Assembly (NCBI GenBank): GCA_009859145.1
Contig: VRVR01000052.1
Span: 1 to 64,000, forward strand
Direction of reading: 5' to 3'
Length of the DNA: 64,000 nucleotides
Source of the DNA: Andalucia godoyi And28
Taxonomy: Eukaryota; Protista; Jakobida
Of the stretch, positions 60,091 to 64,000 are shown one piece after another (the stretch's first letter is position 1; each line of letters starts with the position of its first letter). The notes under the pieces were generated by a model. The model searched no databases. It saw only the letters and a program-made list of their open reading frames with translations, and was not told where the DNA came from. The position numbers and the translations under genes were made by a program.

Positions 60091-62760
60091 CTATATTTTC
60101 CATCGTTCTGAGGAGGTGGAGCTCGAGGTGGGTCTCGCGTTCAGAGAGGACGATCGAGAGTGGCAACGTGACGAGTAGCTGCTGGTCGACAATGTAGACG
60201 CTGTCTCCAAAGCCCCTGGAACTACCCGACGTACGAAATTGCGAAACAAGCGTCTTTTGCGTTCTGCCGTCGTCTTTCGGATTGCAGCTCGTGTTGTGAC
60301 GGGAGGTGCGCAGACAGACAAGCAGTTGCAATGAAGGGCTTGGATTTCTTGCCTCAGCTGCTCAACATCGCAAGCCAGCTCGCTGAGACTTCCAAGCAGC
60401 CCTCGGGACATATTCACGATCCTCACGCGCTTCTCCTGGGCAAAATTTCGAGCGGCTTCCGAGACGCCAGGCTTGTTGATATCGGCGTCGCGATCCGCTT
60501 CAGGATGCGGGGCCAGACGTGGGGAACCGTCCTCGAGGACTGAAGCTCTTCTGAGATCCGCAAGTTGGCGACGAATCAGCGCAGACAGAACCGCATTGTC
60601 GTTCTCGAGGCGCTGGATGCGATTCACGAGAGTGCGGACAACCTCACGGAAAAGAAAAGAGTCCCCGGGGGCTTGGCGTTCCGCAAACGACAGCGCATTG
60701 ACTATTGGCTCTTCATCAGCCTCAGTGCCGATGTCGATGTCGAGCCCCGCTGCAATATCCTGGGTTCCGCAGCCCATGTGGTTCTTCGTCGCCGCATCCC
60801 ACTGCGTGCAGGAATCCTGACGGGGACGCGACGTGAGCGGCTCCGCACACTCCACACACTCCGCCCACTCCAGCGACGGGCTCTGCGATGGAAAGAAGAG
60901 CGCATCGCCGAATTCGTCGTGATCAACTGGAATGCAGCCAAAACAGGAATCATCCATTTTGTCGTCGCACTGGACAGCGTCGTCGCAGGTGGAAACCAAA
61001 ACAGTCTCGGAAGCGCAATCCCGTTGAGAATGCGTCTGCGAAGCACACGCTTCGGTTTCCACGGTCGTGGTCTCCAGCAGCGTTTGCGATGCGAAATCCG
61101 AGAATGCGCGGCCTTTCGACTTCAAAAGCTCCGCAGACATTCTCGATAGCATACCACTGGATTCGCGAATTCGCGAGTCGCGTTCCTCCAGCATTTTGGA
61201 CGCAACCGATTGCTCAAACATCGAAGCTTGAAGAGACGTCTCGATCTTGTGGATCTTCTGGTCTCGGTCTTGGATGTCACGCTCCGCAACGGAAATCTTC
61301 TGTCCTTGTCGAATCATGAAATCAAAGCACTGCATGAGCGCCTTTGCCCACGAAGCGTTGGAGACTTTGAAAGAGTAGATCATGCCTCGACGAAGGATAA
61401 TCAGCTGATTGTCGATGAGCGACGGCATTCCACCCTCCCGGATCACAGCAGTCGGCCGCCGGTGCATATCTTGCGTGTTCCAGACAAGGACGTCATTATC
61501 CAAGGACCCGGAAACCAAATGTTTCCCATCCAGAGACCAGGATAAACGCAGCACGCCCGTGGACGAATCCGCAAACTTTCTGACACACGAACCGGACTGC
61601 AACTCAAAGACGTGGATGGCCCTGTCGTTTGCAGCACAGGCAACGTACGTCTGGTCTGGGGAGCAGGCCATCGACAGTGGGCAGCCGTCAAGCTTGATTT
61701 CCGACAGGCAGTTCTGAAGCAAAACGTCCCACACTCGAATGCAACTGTCCGCACAGCACACCACAATCCTGGAGCTGTCGCCTGGCACAACCAGCAGGTC
61801 CAAAATGGAATGCTGACTGCAATGCACGCCGATGAGTCCCCAAGACGGCACGTCCCACACTCGAATCTCTCTGTCCACCGTGTACGAAACGAGTACATTT
61901 CCACTCCTCGGCTCGGCAAACTGCACCCCAAACTGTACCCCAGCGACGCAGCCGGCATGCCCCGTCAACGAAGCAATCCTCTCGATCTGCTTTTCAGCCG
62001 GATCGAACTTCCATATCCGAACCTGCCTATCCGCGGATCCTGTCGCCAGCAACATCGAAGAGCCCCCGGATGCAGCAAAGGGAGCAAAGCACACACAGTT
62101 CAACGGATTTCCACCGTGTGCCTTCTCGTCGACAACCCGCGCATACCCATCGATCACGTCCCAGATTCGCAAGCACCCGTCCAAGCACACCGAGCTGAGA
62201 AACCTGCCGTCACTGGAATACGACATGCCGACAACATCGTTTGAATGTGCATTGAATATCACTCGGACGAGCGCAGCAGCGCTCGACGCAGTTTGTGTAT
62301 CAAACACGCCAGGACCACTACAAAGCGGTGAACCCAGGAATGAGCTACTGCGGCCTGGAAGTCCCATGAATGAATTGCTGCGTCCTGCAAACCCAGTGGA
62401 GGAAGAGCCACTGGACTGATGCTGGTGGAGGGGTTGGCCGTGAGTCTCCTTCTTTGAGTCATTGTCATCATCAAACCTCCAAATATGGATGGTTTGGTCC
62501 GTTGACGAAGACGCAAACGTCCGCTTGTCTGGCGACTGTGCAATGAAGTGCACGACTCCTCCATGGCCCTTTACAGCTATCGGCGGCGGCCCAAGCGCAG
62601 TGTCGGACTTGAAAATATGCACAGAGTCCTTGCTCGGGCCCCCGCTCGAAACATCGGCCACCTTCTCAAACACCAACGAACCTTGCTCAAGTCGCTCGTC
62701 AGACAATGGAAAATCACGAAATTCTGGAAAAAACGTACGCAGAACTTGGAGTTCAAGCAT
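60091..62760 (-). CDS. WD40-repeat plus coiled-coil protein, 889 aa
   Basis: Multiple GH...WD units (GHGGVVHFIAQSPDKRTFASSSTDQTIHIW, LATGSADRQVRIW, LVSGSLDNDVLVWN), then a heptad-rich region. Confidence 0.9.
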   Translation of the reverse strand: MLELQVLRTFFPEFRDFPLSDERLEQGSLVFEKVADVSSGGPSKDSVHIFKSDTALGPPPIAVKGHGGVVHFIAQSPDKRTFASSSTDQTIHIWRFDDDNDSKKETHGQPLHQHQSSGSSSTGFAGRSNSFMGLPGRSSSFLGSPLCSGPGVFDTQTASSAAALVRVIFNAHSNDVVGMSYSSDGRFLSSVCLDGCLRIWDVIDGYARVVDEKAHGGNPLNCVCFAPFAASGGSSMLLATGSADRQVRIWKFDPAEKQIERIASLTGHAGCVAGVQFGVQFAEPRSGNVLVSYTVDREIRVWDVPSWGLIGVHCSQHSILDLLVVPGDSSRIVVCCADSCIRVWDVLLQNCLSEIKLDGCPLSMACSPDQTYVACAANDRAIHVFELQSGSCVRKFADSSTGVLRLSWSLDGKHLVSGSLDNDVLVWNTQDMHRRPTAVIREGGMPSLIDNQLIILRRGMIYSFKVSNASWAKALMQCFDFMIRQGQKISVAERDIQDRDQKIHKIETSLQASMFEQSVASKMLEERDSRIRESSGMLSRMSAELLKSKGRAFSDFASQTLLETTTVETEACASQTHSQRDCASETVLVSTCDDAVQCDDKMDDSCFGCIPVDHDEFGDALFFPSQSPSLEWAECVECAEPLTSRPRQDSCTQWDAATKNHMGCGTQDIAAGLDIDIGTEADEEPIVNALSFAERQAPGDSFLFREVVRTLVNRIQRLENDNAVLSALIRRQLADLRRASVLEDGSPRLAPHPEADRDADINKPGVSEAARNFAQEKRVRIVNMSRGLLGSLSELACDVEQLRQEIQALHCNCLSVCAPPVTTRAAIRKTTAERKRRLFRNFVRRVVPGALETASTLSTSSYSSRCHSRSSSLNARPTSSSTSSERWKI

Positions 62761-62987
62761 ACTATTTTTTTCCCCTCTTTCTTTTCTTTTCTTCTTTTCC
62801 CTCCTTTCTTTTCTTTCCTTCTTTTCTTTTCTGTGAAATGCAAATGACCATTTCTTCCCTTGTCCTCATTATTAGTGCCCATACGGACACCACTAGCATT
62901 AGTCCACCATTCGCATTGGAAAAAGCCGTGTCTTTGGAGATGTGTGTTTCGTTCATGAGGGGGACACCCGGAAGTTCCGGCACATAA

Positions 62988-63060
62988 TCCGCTATAGCTC
63001 AGTAGGTAGAGCGCTCGGCTGTTAACCGGTAGGTCCTAGGTTCGATCCCTAGTGGCGGAG
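62988..63060 (+). tRNA. trnN: tRNA-Asn (GTT)
   Basis: Cloverleaf TCCGCTA / GCTC-AGTAGGTA-GAGC / anticodon loop CTGTTAA / CTAGG-TTCGATC-CCTAG / TGGCGGA-G, followed by a T7 Pol III terminator. Confidence 0.97.
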
Positions 63061-63478
63061 CTTAAATTTTTTTATAATAATGAACTTCTTCTTCTTTCTA
63101 TTGGCTGTTTTATTAATTCTTGTCGTTTTTGGGGAGGGGGGGGGGGGGTCCATTCACGGAAAAGAACGAGACCGACAGGCGGTAGCATCGCAATGGTTTG
63201 AATGAGTAAACTATTGTTGTACAGTTGAACCGGCACCGAGGGCAATCATGATAAAAATAAATTATTGAAGGTTGCCGCTGCCATGAGGTGGTGATGATGA
63301 TACTTCCAAAATGTAACCTGAAGCAATTAAATACAATAAGAATAACAACAACAATAGCAACAACAACAATAATAATAATTATAGACATGGCAAACTACTA
63401 GGTGCGCGGGAAAAAAGTCAGCATGAAACTAGAGCAAGAGCGAGGCAGAGGGAGAGGGAGAGAGCGGCCGTCGACTCG

Positions 63479-64000
63479 TCAAGGCCTCTTGCTTAGGAGA
63501 CGCAGCTTGAGCCATTCCATCTCTGGATTCCTGGAGCGCTCCGGATCCACGAGCTCCTTTGCGGAATAATAAGGAAAGCACCTCGCGTCAAACGCCGACA
63601 CAGGACCAGGCTTGCCTGCGCGGAATTGCCGCCATGTTGCAGCATCTTCTTCAATCTTGGGTGTTGTGGGCGGTCTCGGGGACATCAACGCACTCTCCCC
63701 TGTCGCAGCAGCCTTCATCAAAAGCTCCTCCCTCTTCTGCTCCATAGATCGCTTGGATTCCAATGTTGCGGGAATGCTTGCGAAATCGGGGGAGCACGGC
63801 ACCGGCTTTCGGCACCGTGGCAGACTACGGCGTGCAATCGGAGTTACCGGTGCTGCAGCCTTGGACGAGTCCCACACAGGGATAATGACGAGCGGAGTCT
63901 CGGCAGTTGCCTCGCTGAGATCATCGGATTTGCAGAGCGCCACAGACTGTGTCTCACCGAAGTCCAGATGCGATTCGGAGAGCGGAAGCCCTTCTTCTTC
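63479..64000 (-). CDS. C-terminal part of a hypothetical protein (5' end beyond the window)
   Basis: The frame is open from the window end (EEEGLPLSESHLDF..) to TGA at 63479; no domain recognised. Confidence 0.6.
   Translation of the reverse strand, partial: EEEGLPLSESHLDFGETQSVALCKSDDLSEATAETPLVIIPVWDSSKAAAPVTPIARRSLPRCRKPVPCSPDFASIPATLESKRSMEQKREELLMKAAATGESALMSPRPPTTPKIEEDAATWRQFRAGKPGPVSAFDARCFPYYSAKELVDPERSRNPEMEWLKLRLLSKRP

Overview
Eukaryotic (protist) nuclear DNA. It is compact and intron-poor, with microsatellite-rich intergenic regions; the 18S and gene style suggest a Discoba/jakobid-like flagellate, which is an unverified impression. Bases 1-9333 are almost exactly one ribosomal DNA repeat unit on the minus strand: 28S (running off the window start), ITS2, 5.8S, ITS1, 18S, spacer, and an orphan copy of the last ~90 nt of 28S at the junction with single-copy DNA. 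The rest holds about 24 protein-coding genes, including GluRS, APRT, RRP15, Gemin2-like, nicalin, Tul1-like RING ligase, RPB4, a RING protein, a TM-SPRY-ankyrin-LRR protein, an H3 variant, ferrochelatase, a fatty-acid hydroxylase, SMC3, DUS1, UBLCP1, an NlpC/P60 hydrolase, RPB1 and a WD40 protein, plus one tRNA-Asn. The top finding is two internally deleted copies of a TnpB/Fanzor-type (RNA-guided nuclease) mobile element at 28723-29134 (+) and about 59540-60014 (-). They share a ~110-bp left end and carry complementary pieces of the nuclease ORF. The second copy also carries a strongly structured 3' region (17-bp UUCG hairpin) that looks like an omegaRNA scaffold. Other leads are a second structured dispersed repeat, a TAGCTG motif shared by the rDNA terminator region and Pol II promoters, a loop-1-extended H3 variant, a bacterial-type NlpC/P60 gene and a spliced 47-aa microprotein.
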